A stretch of DNA of 64,000 nucleotides, taken from NCBI GenBank assembly GCA_002269645.1, contig NIVC01000441.1:310001-374000 (forward strand), in the 5' to 3' direction. How positions within the stretch are numbered: the stretch's first letter is position 1; every line of letters starts with the position of its first letter. Both the position numbers and the translations under genes were made by a program. Positions 43,762 to 57,338 of this stretch are shown here, one piece after another. Origin of the DNA: Macrostomum lignano (Eukaryota). The notes under the pieces were generated by a model. It was not told the origin of the DNA. It saw only the letters and a program-made list of their open reading frames with translations, and did not search any database.

Positions 43762-44450
43762 TGCGAGCAACAGTGTAATATCATCCGAACTCGAGCTCAT
43801 ACATGTACCAATCTCTCAACAGATCGCAAAAACCTATCTTACTTACTGGCTAAAAATCAGACACAAAAAACTCTGTCCAACAACACTTGATATTTTTCAC
43901 TCAAATACCAGCCAAAATAACCCTTGGGTGACAAATGTTCATAAAGAAACTGAAAAGTATAGACCTCGAGACACTATACAAAGATAAAACCCCCCAATTA
44001 AGTTTTAACAATGAGAAACTTCTAGTGAAAAAGCAACTGCACATGTATAGAGAAAGAGAACTAAGCGGAAAGCTAGACAACCAGCACCATACTAAATATT
44101 ACAAAAGCGCTTACTTATTCAAAAAAACCTGCAGACCTGTCCTCTCAAATTACTTTCCAAGTCTACTTAGAAACAAAAAATACCTAACGACCCTTCTGAA
44201 ACTGAACTGTGAACTCATGCACAAGGCATTCTCTCAGGAAGCTTGTGGACTCTGTGGAGCAAGAAATGGAGCCGATATTCTCCACTACCTAAGTGAGTGC
44301 CCACAAACACTAGAAATTAGGAAAAAATACTTCTCTCAATACCTTCTAGATGCCACACACATGCATAAAATAGGGTATGCCACAAATGAAAAAAGAATCA
44401 GAAAAGAGCTCTCCGGAGTAGCCACAATTTACGATGTCATGTACAGCTAA
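43762..44450 (+). mobile_element. 5'-truncated non-LTR retrotransposon (LINE) ORF2 3' end, frameshifted
   Basis: SELELIHVPI...YLTYWLKI, then C-terminal CCHC-like CGLC...ILHYLSECP...IRKKY; two overlapping ORF fragments. Confidence 0.6.
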
Positions 44451-46474
44451 ATTTATTTGCATGAAATATATAACATGTTTATATACATGCATAGCAGTTA
44501 AGTACTGAGTCCGCTTCTTACCCCCCCCCACCATCACGTTTTCAAAAAATCTGGATCTTTTTTAAAATGCTATTGTAATTACGGTTATATATGCTTTGAT
44601 ATATTGGCATAAAATAGTTATTTTTTTCTTTTCTTTTGGATTTTCCGTTCGAACTACATTCGCAACTTATCGTAATCAAAGTAATCTCGCAATTAAAGCT
44701 ATACCTCGTAAAACGTACTCATTTTTGTATTAATATTTATACTCGTTGTTAGTTGTTAGTCGTCACTTTTCGTCCAAAATTACCGTAAAATCCAGGCGCG
44801 CTTTCAAATACTTTATCTTTTACAATAAATCTCGTCAAATCGTCGTCAAATCGTCTTTATAAACTTCTATTTCGAAAATTTTTCCAAATACATAGCTCTA
44901 TAATATATTGGCCAAACAGGCTAATTGCCTGAGCCAAATTCTTACTACTACTACTACTACTAAATATTTTAAAGTACGTGATCGTAATAAAATTGGATAC
45001 GTATCAATCAAGGACATTCCCGCAACCAAAAAGTTACACATTAGAGACATCCCACTTTCTATTGGATATGTAATTTTGCTATGCGGGAGACACGGCCGCC
45101 GTGTCTAGGCCTAGGAACTACCCTTTAAGTACTCTGTTTAGTTTTAATAAACTATTATAGTCAATCGCATATTGGAATTTTCTGACATGCAATGCGTCAC
45201 TCAAATTAATGTATACATATACCATATACTATCATCGTTTGTTTGTTCCACATTGACCCATTGGCCCATTGGATTGGGTCCATGGTAGATTCAAATAATA
45301 TGGATTTGAATATTAAATTTGGGTTGTAAGTTTCTATAAAAATTTATTATAGCAACTAAAAACCTGGCAAAAAAAGGGAATGAGGGACAATTTTTGTTGA
45401 AGGTCAGCTAAAAAATTATGGCACACTCTCGTATGTGGGTAGGCCTATGCAATATGCCCACACATTGCATACCCACATAATTCATAAATTCAATTATTTA
45501 AATTATTAATATTATTATAAATTATAAATATAACTATAAGTTAGGCCTAATTAAAAATTTTTTAAATATTAAAATCCCACTTCAGTTCAAACAATCACAC
45601 ACTGGCATTCCTAATCTGGCAATCCTTTGGTTTACAATCCCTTCAATGTTTAATAATTTAGTAATATTTCTAGCTATCTACATTAGATATTTAATATTGA
45701 CTAAATACCTATATACTTTTTTTAATCACTTACTGGAAGAATTGCTCTTCATCAAGTTCATTCAGGGTGCATGACCAAGATAGCCACATACTAAGATGGC
45801 CATATCTTTGAATAGCTACACGCATAGAAGTAGGTCTATATCTTTCTTCACTTTCTATTGGCTATGATAGGGACAAGATATATATCTAACTTCAAGTTTC
45901 AAAAGAAACATATTTTATAATAAAATTCAACTAGGGTCTAGTAAAACAAAATGTACTTACTATACTTACTATTTTCACCTTTAACTTAATTACTAATAAA
46001 TATTTCTAATTGTCTATCTTATTCCCCCCTTGCATCCCCATATCTGCCCTTTCTATGCTATCCAATAATAAATCAGTTGTCATTTTTTGTGACTTTGGCC
46101 CCACCTCCAGCTGAGGCTATCTTTGTGTATGGCCATCTTTGTCTTATATCTTTTCAAACACTATAGGCTCTATTATTTTTTTACAAAACTCATATTTAAA
46201 CTAATAGCCTCCTCTTGAATTATTATTAAATAAATTGAATTATATTAGCCAAATAGGCTCTTTTCCTGAGCCAAACTTATTATTATTACTTATGATCACC
46301 TAAATGTACATTTCTCATTAAAATGATTGTAAACCAAAGCTAGCTATAGAAAAGAGTGTTAAATTAAAAAAGTTAAAAGAGTGTCATCAAAAACTGCTGC
46401 TCATTTGTGTTTAAAATAGCATGTTTAAAATTGACCAACAAAAAATACACAAAATTAAAAGACAATGTTTATAT

Positions 46475-47263
46475 CAGGGATGTCCCAAAAGTAGTGTTAC
46501 TTTTCACTATATCTCCTGTTCTGCTGATCCAAATAGCATCATTTTGCACAGATTTACAGCAACAACTCTCTTCTTTATATTAACTTCAACATCATTAAAA
46601 ACAGACAATGGAAACAAAAGTTATAAACTAAAATGTAGCAGGACCTCGACCATAGACTTACAGTAAATAAACAAGTTAACAAAATTTTAAAAGTGTTAGC
46701 TCACAAATGGGTAATTGGCTGTAATGAATACTGCAAAATGACTGTGGTGAATGACTTCAATAGACCCATGAGCCGATGAAAGTTGAACATGAATCTTAGT
46801 TAAACTGTGCCCTATCCTCCAAAGGGTATATAACACACTCCTCTGATCAACACTTGAATGCACATCCAGGACTTTTAGTGCATTAAAAGAAGAGAACAAA
46901 AAGCAATAAAGCTGAAGCCTAGTTTGAAATATTCTGTTGCTTTAAAAGCTATATGCTTCTCCAAGTTTTTCCATAGATATCACTTTGTCATAGCAACCTA
47001 ACAAAGAAGTCTAAGTTCATTCAATCCAAAGTACTTTTGCTACTTTCTGCTAGCTTGTCAAATTACTATAACTCTATGGTTGAGGTCCTGCTACATTTGA
47101 GTTCATAACTTTTGTTTCTATTAATCCATTGTTTGTTTTTAATAATTTTAAAGTTAATATGAAGAAAAGAGTTGCCACTATAAATCTGTGCAAAATGATT
47201 TTATTCAGATCAGCAGAACAAGAGATATAATGAAAAGTAACACTACTTTTGGGACACCCCTTG
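46475..47263. mobile_element. Old Tc1/mariner-type MITE with ~200-bp diverged TIRs
   Basis: CAGGGATGTCCCAAAAGTAGTGTTACTTTTCA... versus the reverse complement of ...GGGACACCCCTTG|TA; non-coding interior. Confidence 0.6.
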
Positions 47264-49479
47264 TATATCACTATCAACTTTGGTTTACAATATTTGAGTA
47301 TATAATGCACATAAAAATGATTATAAACCAAAGCTAGGTAAAAGTTAATATTGTAAAGGTAATCCCTATGTATTCCTTGTAAAGGCAAAAGTATTGCCAG
47401 CTTTAGTTTGCAATCATTTCAATAGAATACATGTATAGAAATGATCATAATAAACTAAAGGTAAAAGGATATAGCACTAAAGATTAATTTTAATAAGGCT
47501 AAGAGCTTCCATTTCCATTATGTTTCTATTTGAAAGTTTATAGATAAATAACATGGAATTGGAAGCCACAGTATAGTGGTCTCAATATTTCATATTTGCC
47601 CTTGATCTAGAATGAGTAGCAGTTTTCTATGACTATTTGATATGCTTTTCTATAGCCAGCTTTGGTTTGCAATCATTTTAATAAAAAATGTATATTTGGA
47701 TGATCATAAAGCAAAGGTGATTATGAGCTACTAGCAAACTGATGTTTGAAAACATTTGACATTAAAAAACATTTACAATCATTTAAAACTACTGTTAGTT
47801 TTTATGTTTTACAATGAGCAAAAATGGCCTATAATGTGATCATAAACTGAAATTAGCAAAATAGAAAATGATTGTAAACTGAAAGATTGCCCCTAATCTT
47901 ACATTGACATTTTATCTCACATTTTAATTTTAATTTTAATTTTTGTCTTTTTTAGGTATTTCTACTTTGAATTAGATTTTTAGCTTCTAGACATATTTTA
48001 AAAAAGCAGGCTAGGCATAAAAGGTAAGCAGCCAGGCCTTATTACTTTAATTGAGATAGATAGAAAATGATCAGATAAAATATTTTGCTCTTTGATTAAA
48101 TATGATTAAATATCTTTGATTAAATATCTAATCAGCTAATTCCTTAGGAACATAAGGTAATAAATGGTCAAAGTGACTTAGAGAAAAAGAGAAGAAAAAA
48201 GTATATAATCTTTAAATTAAAATACCAATAAATTATTTTTTTACTAAATAATATTCATACATATTATCTCTACATATAAAAATTAAAACTCTGTCTGTTT
48301 ATGTGTCTGTGTACAAATTTGATCGCTATGGACTCCCAAACCACTCAACCAAATGATACCAAGTTTTATACCCACCCTAAACTCACTATGGAGAATGTCT
48401 TAGGCTACCTTTAAATTTCCTAAATTTGAGTCTTCCCACCTAAAAGTGCAAAAAACTGCTCGAAATGCGAGATTTTTTTACTAAATCCTCCATAGCACTG
48501 CTCCACTTCTACCGATCCTCTTCAAATTTGACACAATCAATTTTCAACTATTTTGACACAATCGTGTAAAATTTTGAATCTGAAAGTTAATCCTGAACGG
48601 CACTGTGCACTTTTAAAGTTAGGCTGTTTTTATTAGCAAGGTAGCCATCCCAACCTCCGCCCGCCTGCCTCTCTTTCCTGATCTGGGCAAAGGGTATAAG
48701 TAGGTTTTAAAATGCCTAACTTTCGGCTGCCATAGTTTTGCTCCACGTGAAGCGATTGACTTCAAATTTGACACAATTCTTTATTGACTCATTCTCTGCC
48801 TACATGTAAAGTCTCAACTCTGTATCTCAATCAGGACAGAAACTGTAAGCATGTGAAGTTTGTCTGCTTTTTCTGTTGTTTGTGCCGCTCACTCACTCAT
48901 TCCCCCAGCCAAGACAAAGGGTCAAGCAATAGGGCTCAATGTACTTAGCGAATGTACAGTGTTTTGGAATAACTTTTTAATAGCCTTCTTGGCACCCCAC
49001 ACGCGGAGAGGCTATGTTTAGACATGATGACAGTTTAGCCAGAGATTCAAACTAGTGTCTTCTGTATAGACAAGTATATAGCCGTTTAACAGTGGATGGC
49101 AAATCAAGGCGATATGGGATGGTTTGTAAAAATAGCGAAAAATTAATGAATAACTGATTAGTAGTGATTACAATGCAATCCTACTAAATTAGTTACACCA
49201 TGAAAATTTTAACATCAAGATTCGCATAAGGTACTTTAAAATTTAAATGGCTCCTAAGAAATATGTATTTCCTTGGTTGCTAGACTACTGTAGACTGTGG
49301 TGGTGGAGCTGGGCTAGAGGGAGATACGCAAATTCCTCTCAGGGCTGCTAATTGGCCAGAAATATGATGTGATTAAAGCATAACAACTATGAGAGTACTA
49401 TGTCCCACAAACGCTTTCGAAGCGGGGATTGACAGACTTTAACCTCAAATGGCAGATAAAGAATCAAGCTCATGGCTGA

Positions 49480-50820
49480 TGAGATGAGAGTGAAAAGGAG
49501 AAGGAATAGACTATAAGAAAAGAGGAGAAGTGAGAGAAGGATAAGAGAAAAGATAGAAGACAAGAAGAGAGATGATGGGATAAGGATAAGGAGTGAGCAG
49601 ATAATATTGGAGTAAGAAGCGAGAGGAAGGGAGAGAGAAGAGAGAGGAAAGAGTAGAAGTGAGAAGAGGGAGAGAGAAGATGGGAGAGATGAGACAGGAT
49701 CGATGACAGAGGAGAGCAGAGAAGAGTGAGAAGAGAGTAGAGATGAGAGATGAAAGAGGGGAGAGCAGAGTGCAGAAAGGCAAGAGAAGAGAATAGAGGG
49801 GAGAGGGTATAGAAGAGAGAAGAGAAGAGGAGTAAGGAAAGAGAGTAATCAGAAGAGGGTAAAGAGAAGAGTACACTGAAGATTAGAGAGTACAGATGGC
49901 AGAAAAGAGAGGGGATGAGAGTGAACACGATATCTAAGAGGAGAGAGGAGAGAGGAGTCAGATGAGGGGAAAGAGAAGAGTACAGAGGAGAGAGGTGAGA
50001 ACATACGAGTATACGAGAGTAAAGATGACAGATGAGAGAGGGAAGATAAGACTGGGAGAGCAAAGACGAGAGTGAACACACGAGAGATAGGAGAGTAGAG
50101 AGAAAAGAGGATTAGATAAGAAATAAGAGATGAGAGATGAAAGGTGAGACAAAGGGGGAGAGAGAGAGAGAAGTGAGTGAGGAAAGAGGAGGGGAAGGGA
50201 GAGAATCAAGAGGACAGGGGAAAGAGGGGAAAGGATGAGAAAGGGGTGAGGAGAGAAAGGTAGAGAGCATGCAGAGAGAAATGAGAAGAGATAAGAGAGA
50301 AAAGATAAAAGAAGAGAAAGGAGAGATAGATAAGAGAGCAAAGACAAGAGAGGAGAGGTGAAGGAAAAGATGATAGAAGAGAGGAGAGGAGAGAGACGAG
50401 AGAGTACAGAGTACAGAGGAGGGAGGAGAGGAGAAAGGAGAGAGGAGAAGTGTTCAGAGAGGGTAGAGTAAGGAGTGAGAAGAGGGGAGAGGGAAGAGAG
50501 AATAGAGAGTAGAGAGCAGAGAGAAGATAGAGCAGAGAGCAGAGGGAAGATAGAGTAGAGAGCAGAGAGAAGAGAGAGTAGAGAGCAGAAAGAAAATAGA
50601 GTAGAGAGGAGAAAGTAGAAAGCAGAGAGAAAATAGAATAGAGAGCAAAGAGAAATGGGAAGAGATAAAACAGGAGAAAGGGAGAGATAAGAGAGCAGAG
50701 ACGAGAGAGGAGAGGAGAGGAGAGAAAATAATAAGAGGGAATAGACAAGAGAAGAGGGTATAGAGGAGAGAGAGAAGAGCCCATAGACCAGAGAGAAGAG
50801 AGAAAACAGAAGAGAAGGTA
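49480..50820. repeat. GA-rich (polypurine) low-complexity tract
   Basis: Almost exclusively G/A on the plus strand; the minus-strand S/L/F-rich ORFs are artefacts. Confidence 0.9.
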
Positions 50821-52729
50821 GAGATAGAAGTTTCTAAGGATCCAACTTCCAAGGGACACAAGGAGAGGCAGAGGCCATGAGTTTGCCTGACATTCTGTGC
50901 AGCACCCCAATCAACAATATTAATGTTTGCTTCAAATACTAATTGTACATGAATGTACTCTATTTTATGTTTAACTCTATCCTAAATTCCTAACTATTAA
51001 AAAGTTTTTGTTTAAGTATGGGCTCAGATTTCAGAATACATGCAAAAATAGTTCCGGGGTTGGAATTCCCTGGGTTCAAATTCTGCGGGTTTCAACAGCT
51101 TGTAGCTATATATAGGCTTTCTAATTTAATTTAATTTGTAATTATAATAGTTGATAAAAAGACTAGCAAATCTTAAAAATTGAACTGCTATATAACAAAT
51201 ATAAATATAAGATATCTTTTATCAAAATATTTGGAATCTAGTTAATGCTTTAAAAAAGAACCAAGTCAAGATATTAAACTAGATCATAGTCAACATGTTA
51301 AAACCTATCCTTACTAGTATATTGCAAATCAAATCAACATATTAAAACTAAAACCTAATATGCTAAGTCTTACATTGAGAGTTTAATATAGGGGTTTAAT
51401 ACAGGATTGGCAACCTTTTCAGAGCAAGGGCCAAAAGGCTATTTTTCAAGGGCTTAGTGGCCAATAAAAAAAATTGAAAAACTAAAATTGTTTCCTGCCA
51501 GTTTAAACAAACATTTTTCTAAATAGATGATGATAAAAACCTTAATCTCATCCAACCATTTAGGTTCCCTTACCCCAAAACCTACCTTGTTCTATCTCTT
51601 CTTATTTCAACCCCAATAACTACCCCCTAGAAACACTTAGTGCACCTATCTTTCCCCCATAAAAGGCCAATATATGGATAAGAAAGGTGAGTATGAGAAA
51701 GAGAAAAAGAAAGAAGGTGGATTGAAATAGCAAGGGGCCAGATGCAATCCTATATCATTAAGGGCCTTAGGAGCCAGATTGGAAGGCTTCAGAGGCTAGA
51801 TCTGGCCCTAGGGCCAAAGATTGCTAACCCTTAGTTTAGCATAAAATTAAACTAGTCTTAGCTTTCATTCTTTATATTGGCAATATAACTAGAAATTCAA
51901 TGAAGTTGAAACTCTAGAGTGTTAAAACTAAAAGGGAGAGTAGAAAGAGACAAGCTTATATTTTGATAATAATTTGGATTTATATATTAGACCCATACAT
52001 TTAGTCATTAGTGATTTACCCTGGCTATGCTACTTACTTATGAAAAAACCAAAGCAAAAATTAAATTTTTTTTGAATAAATGGCATTAGTAACTATGACT
52101 TTATAATTAGGAATAAACACTTAGTCATCTAATTAGTACTTTGCCTATATTTTTGGGTGGGAGTTTTTGCAACTTACCTTGGCCAGATTGGTCACTATAT
52201 TGTTAAACTGCAATCTTAAATATTACTTTTCACTAATATAAAGTCAGTCCATCTCATTGTATAAAGCATTTTTGTATCTTTCTGTGCTGATTGTTATTAC
52301 TTTCCCAATTAACTACTTGCAGTAGTCAATTGATATTTGCTTGGGAACATTTTTGCAGAGCTGATTTAGAAAGCAAAATAGAATGTTTATTTTCTAGTGC
52401 TGCATCCCTAGGCAATGTGAATAAGTCTTTTGTGACTCTCGGTTATATATTGTTGATCTCAGCTCTCTCTTGCCAACCTGATCTCGGGTCAAACATCTGG
52501 CTCACTCAAGGTTTGTGTCTCTTCTCAGATCCCTTCTCTCTTATCTGCTCATCTCCTCTCCTCTCCTCATCTCCTCTCCCTCTCTTCACTCCTTTCCTCT
52601 CTCCTCTTCTCTCCCTTATCTCTCTCTTCTCCCCTTTTCGATTTAATCCCTCCTCTCGTTGCCTTGATTCCCTCGCCTCCTTTCCCTAACTCTTCTCTCT
52701 TCTCTATTCCCTCTCCTCTCTCTCCTCTG

Positions 52730-52790
52730 GCCCGCAGTCATGCTTTAGGTTCTCTATCTGGCACTTGAGGTAAACAAGTTTGCCGACCCC
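52730..52790. mobile_element. hAT-like MITE terminus remnant
   Basis: GTTTGCCGACCCCTG resembles a hAT/Charlie TIR end; weaker similar ends near 51400, 51830 and 50880. Confidence 0.3.
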
Positions 52791-53584
52791 TGATATAGAT
52801 AAACGTTCCCTTTATGCTTGCTCCAAGTTTGCACACCTTGAGACTGAATTTCTGTCGGTTTTATCGTAATTCGCCTATAAATTACATTATCAATCGTAAC
52901 GGGGATTGAAATTGGGCTCAAAATCTAGCTATATACAAAATTTCCACTTGTGTGCGCATATAGGCTCTGTCGCATTTGTCGACTCTTGACAGCAGTGGAT
53001 AGAGGGATAGAGAGTCAGCAGCTGCTTCTTTGCAAAGCAGTCGTCAAAAAAATGGACTCCCATTCAGTTCATTTTTTCTTATTGTCTTACTCCCTTCTAT
53101 TCTGTCTCTGCTCCTTATATTCTTTTATTGGTTCAACCGGCTTAGTAAAGTAATACACACTAGTAGTAATATGCATGTAAGCGATCCATTCTGTCTCTCA
53201 TATGCCATGCACACTGCATGCGATAGTCGATAAGTTATAACCGGCAACTCGCCAACTGCACCGCGTATTTCCAGCCGGCGGGAGAAAAGGTTCCGCAGTT
53301 TTCACACTGAGCAATGAACGGCTGTCTGGGCGCTACCACCCAACAGCGGCGGTCGCATCACAGCCGACTGTCGCAGCTAGACGGAGCTGGCGCAAGCGGC
53401 TCTGACTACTACAGCTATGTGGCCTCCTTCTCACCTGCTGCGGCTGCCGCTAGCAGGTTGGGCTTATTGCGACAGCGGCTGATTGCTAGGATTGGAGACC
53501 TGACTCTGCGTCAGGTGCATATCTGGTTAGTGCAGACTGGGCTATCCGGTTTTTATTCGAAGCTTGGTATTGATCTTGTAGCAC

Positions 53585-54370
53585 TGTGAGATTGTTGCTC
53601 ATCTGATTGAATCATTGAGATTATTGCTCATCTGATTGCAGCACTGTGCGATTATTGCTCATCTGATTGCATCACTGTGCGATTGTTGCTCATCTGATCG
53701 AATCACTGAGATTGTTGCTCATCTGATTGAATCATTGAGATTATTGCTCATCTGATTGCATCACTGTGAGATTGTTGCTCATCTGATTGCATCACTGTGC
53801 GATTGTTGCTCATCTGATCGAATCACTGAGATTGTTGCTCATCTGATTGAATCATTGAGATTATTGCTCATCTGATTGCAGCACTGTGCGATTATTGCTC
53901 ATCTGATTGCATCACTGTGCGATTGTTGCTCATCTGATCGAATCACTGAGATTGTTGCTCATCTGATTGAATCATTGAGATTATTGCTCATCTGATTGCA
54001 TCACTGTGAGATTGTTGCTCATCTGATTGCATCACTGTGCGATTGTTGCTCATCTGATCGAATCACTGAGATTGTTGCTCATCTGATTGAATCATTGAGA
54101 TTATTGCTCATCTGATTGCATCACTGTGAGATTGTTGCTCATCTGATTGCATCACTGTGAGATTGTTGCTCATCTGATTGAATCATTGAGATTGTTGCTC
54201 ATCTGATCGAATCACTGAGATTGTTGCTCATCTGATTGCATCACTGTGAGATTGTTGCTCATCTGATTGCATCACTGTGAGATTGTTGCTCATCTGATTG
54301 CATCACTGTGAGATTGTTGCTCATCTGATTGCATCGCTGTGCGATTTTTGCTCACCTGATTGCATCAATG
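53585..54370. repeat. 29/31-bp minisatellite with 120-bp and 240-bp higher-order periods
   Basis: Core GATTGTTGCTCATCTGATTG; the segments starting at 53701, 53821, 53941 and 54061 begin identically. Confidence 0.92.
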
Positions 54371-54772
54371 TGATTGATATAATTTTTGTTGTGCTTTTGT
54401 CACAGTATAATATTTAAAATATATTTCATGGATAATATGTGTTAGTCTGTGCCCTACGCAACTACTAGAATTAGCGAAAAAATCAATTATTTTCTTTATA
54501 AAACATTATTTTTAGTTCTTTCCGCCCAAATTGAAAACTAAACCAGCCAGTGAGTTGTTTTCTGCATGGCATATTTTTATTCATATTTTTGTGTAGTAGA
54601 TTAGCTCAGTTATTCCTAGATTAATCATGTTGTTACCTAGAAACTGCGGTGTTACTATTCAGTGTTTGAGAGAAACTTTCATACTATCTTTGTTTAATTT
54701 TGTTATTTGGTCAGTTGCTGTGTACTTTAGCCTATTTATCTATATTGTGTATATACTGACCTATAGTATATG

Positions 54773-54830
54773 GTATATACCAAGGACAACTTAAAAACTT
54801 GAACTTTATCAAGTTGTCCTTGGTATATAC
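54773..54830. repeat. Perfect 20-bp inverted repeat (58-bp hairpin)
   Basis: GTATATACCAAGGACAACTT - 18 nt - AAGTTGTCCTTGGTATATAC. Confidence 0.85.
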
Positions 54831-55242
54831 TGAATATAGCTTTTTGCAGCCCATTAGGGCTTACGCGCATTGAATTGAATCCGAGATACGTTTGCCAATG
54901 TAATGGAGCTTTTGTCTATGGTGGCAGGGCTGGCACAGCGGCATTTCAAAAAGCATCAATTTGGTCCATAGCTTCATTTGCAACTGCTGCGGAGGAGCAA
55001 GATCAGCCCCAGAATTGTGGACCATGTGCCATTGGCTTGTGATCGAAGCACTCGACAGAGGTGAACACCTAAAAGACATTGCAAGGTTGCTGAATGTAAA
55101 AGAAAAGATGGTTTACAGCATCCATCAGCGCGTTGAAACTCTGCCGGCAGAGATTGCCTGCAAAGGGGTGGCAATCGCCAAGGCAACAACCCGCAGACGG
55201 TTTCAAGGGGGCCAGGAGTTTCTCCAATGGCTCACGAGCGTT

Positions 55243-56230
55243 TGGACCAAATTGATGCTTGTTGGACCGAATTGATGCTTGTTGGACCAAATTGATGCTT
55301 GTTGGACCGAATTGATGCTTGTTGGACCAAATTGATGCTTGTTGGACCAAATTGATGCTTGTTGGACCAAATTGATGCTTGTTGGACCGAATTGATGCTT
55401 GTTGGACCAAATTGATGCTTGTTGGACCGAATTGATGCTTGTTGGACCAAATTGATGCTTGTTGGACCAAATTGATGCTTGTTGGACCGAATTGATGCTT
55501 GTTGGACCGAATTGATGCTTGTTGGACCAAATTGATGCTTGTTGGACCAAATTGATGCTTGTTGGACCGAATTGATGCTTGTTGGACCAAATTGATGCTT
55601 GTTGGACCAAATGGATGCTTGTTGGAAATTGATGCTTGTTGGACCAAATTGATGCTTGTTGGACCAAATTGATGCTTGTTGGACCAAATTGATGCTTGTT
55701 GGACCAAATGGATGCTTGTTGGACCGAATTAAATGCTTGTTGGACCAAATTGATGCTTGTTGAACCGAATTGATGCTTGTTGGACCGAATTGATGCTTGT
55801 TGGACCAAATTGATGCTTGTTGGACCAAATTGATGCTTGTTGGACCAAATTGTTGCTTTTTGGACCAAATTGATTCTTGTTGGACCAAATTGATGCTTGT
55901 TGGACCAAATTGTTGCTTGTTGGACCAAATTGATGCTTGTTGGACCAAATTGTTGCTTGTTGGACCAAGTTGGTGCTTGTTGGACCAAGTTGATGCTTGT
56001 TGGACCAAATTGATGCTTGTTGGACCAAATTATTGATTGTTGAACCAAATTGATGCTTGTTGGACCAAATTGATGCTTGTTGGACCAAATTGATGCTTGT
56101 TGGACCAAATTGATGCTTGTTGGACCAAATTGTTGCTTGTTGGACCAAATTGTTGCTTGTTGGACCAAGTTGATGCTTGTTGGACCAAATTGATGCTTGT
56201 TGGACCAAATTGTTGCTTGTTGGACCAAAT
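55243..56230. repeat. 20-bp minisatellite (~49 units)
   Basis: Unit TTGGACC(A/G)AATTGATGCTTG. Confidence 0.97.
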
Positions 56231-56348
56231 CAAATGTCGCTGTGCCAGCCTTGCTACCATAGACAAAAGCACCGTTACATTGGCAGACTTATCTTGGATT
56301 AGATTTAATGTATGCGCACGACTACTAAATATACTTCAATCTATCTTA

Positions 56349-56462
56349 GGCCGTTTCTATTGGCAACACACACATGTAAGTCGCTATTGGCTGAGAGCAG
56401 TCACGTGACTACTATTCCGTCCAATAGCGACTTACATGCGTGTGTTGCCAATAGAAACGGCC
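56349..56462. mobile_element. 114-bp palindromic MITE-like hairpin
   Basis: GGCCGTTTCTATTGGCAACACAC...GTGTGTTGCCAATAGAAACGGCC with ~42-bp arms; central GTCACGTGAC; TTA on the left side only. Confidence 0.6.
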
Positions 56463-57338
56463 GGGTGAATCCCTAGGTTGCGCCCAAGCATGCACGTAAG
56501 CCCCAATTGACTGAAAAAGCTATATTCTCTGCAGTGCCATTGAAATATGTCATTTCCAATTGGACATTCTAGGGCAACGGTTCAACTCAGCTGGGCTACT
56601 CTAGTAGAATTTTTTGGCCCATTACGCGAAAAGCCGGGGGTTTTGGCCTTAGACAGTGGCTTCTGCAGCTCTCAAGCACTAGCACTAGAAGAAAAAACTG
56701 ACTGTCAGCAGCAGCTAGTTGTCTCTGGCTCTAACCCCGGGGTTTTCGGGGTTAGGCGACGGTCGCTAAATACATTAGCAAATGCTGTAGTGACAGAATA
56801 TAGTACATAGATCTCTATTCTTGAGCGGGCCGGATTGCTATTGAGAAGTTTCAATGGCCGGATAGAGAGGCCTCGGGGGGGGTGGTCTCTTCATGGTTTG
56901 TTCGACCAGTGACTCAAAACGGTAAGGTTAAAGGTACTAAAGCAGACAGAAACATATAGGACCTGATTTCTGCCATGGACTTGAGCTTTAACTCCTATTT
57001 TCAATAATAATTGAATTGAAAATAATTAAATTAAAAAACGACTTAGTTATTTCGTGCATTTTTCTAGTATTCATTACAGTAGAGTGTAGCGAATTGATAT
57101 TCGCATTATCAATTTTGCACATTTTGTAATTTAGCATATGTTTCAACACCAACAATTTTCTGATGTCTTCATTGTTTCTGCTGTTTTGGCTATTAATCAG
57201 CTTTTTTGTTGGATTGGATAATAAGTTATCTATTCTCAGAGTTGTCTCACAGAATCACTGTTTCTTACAATTTGAAAACCTGTGCTTTCTGGTTTGCTAT
57301 CTGGTCTATCAAAGTAATTTCACTACCCTAATCTATTG

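Larger units (their letters stand above)
54855..56505. mobile_element. Degenerate TIR element with an HTH fragment, inflated by a 20-bp satellite
   Basis: 54870-54968 is inverted relative to 56221-56330. VIEALDRGEHLKDIARLLNVKEKMVYSI resembles a transposase N-terminal HTH. Confidence 0.5.

Noticed and set aside
48260-49060. Helitron-like element (TCTCTACATATAAAAATT... 5' end)
   Set aside because: No convincing 3' hairpin plus CTRR terminus could be paired with it.
49470-50910. Hydrophobic S/L/F-rich membrane-protein ORFs
   Set aside because: Artefacts of the GA/TC low-complexity tract.
56400-56409. CLEAR/E-box motif GTCACGTGAC as an SLC35B2 regulatory site
   Set aside because: It lies at the centre of a palindromic MITE-like element; a single motif is insufficient evidence.
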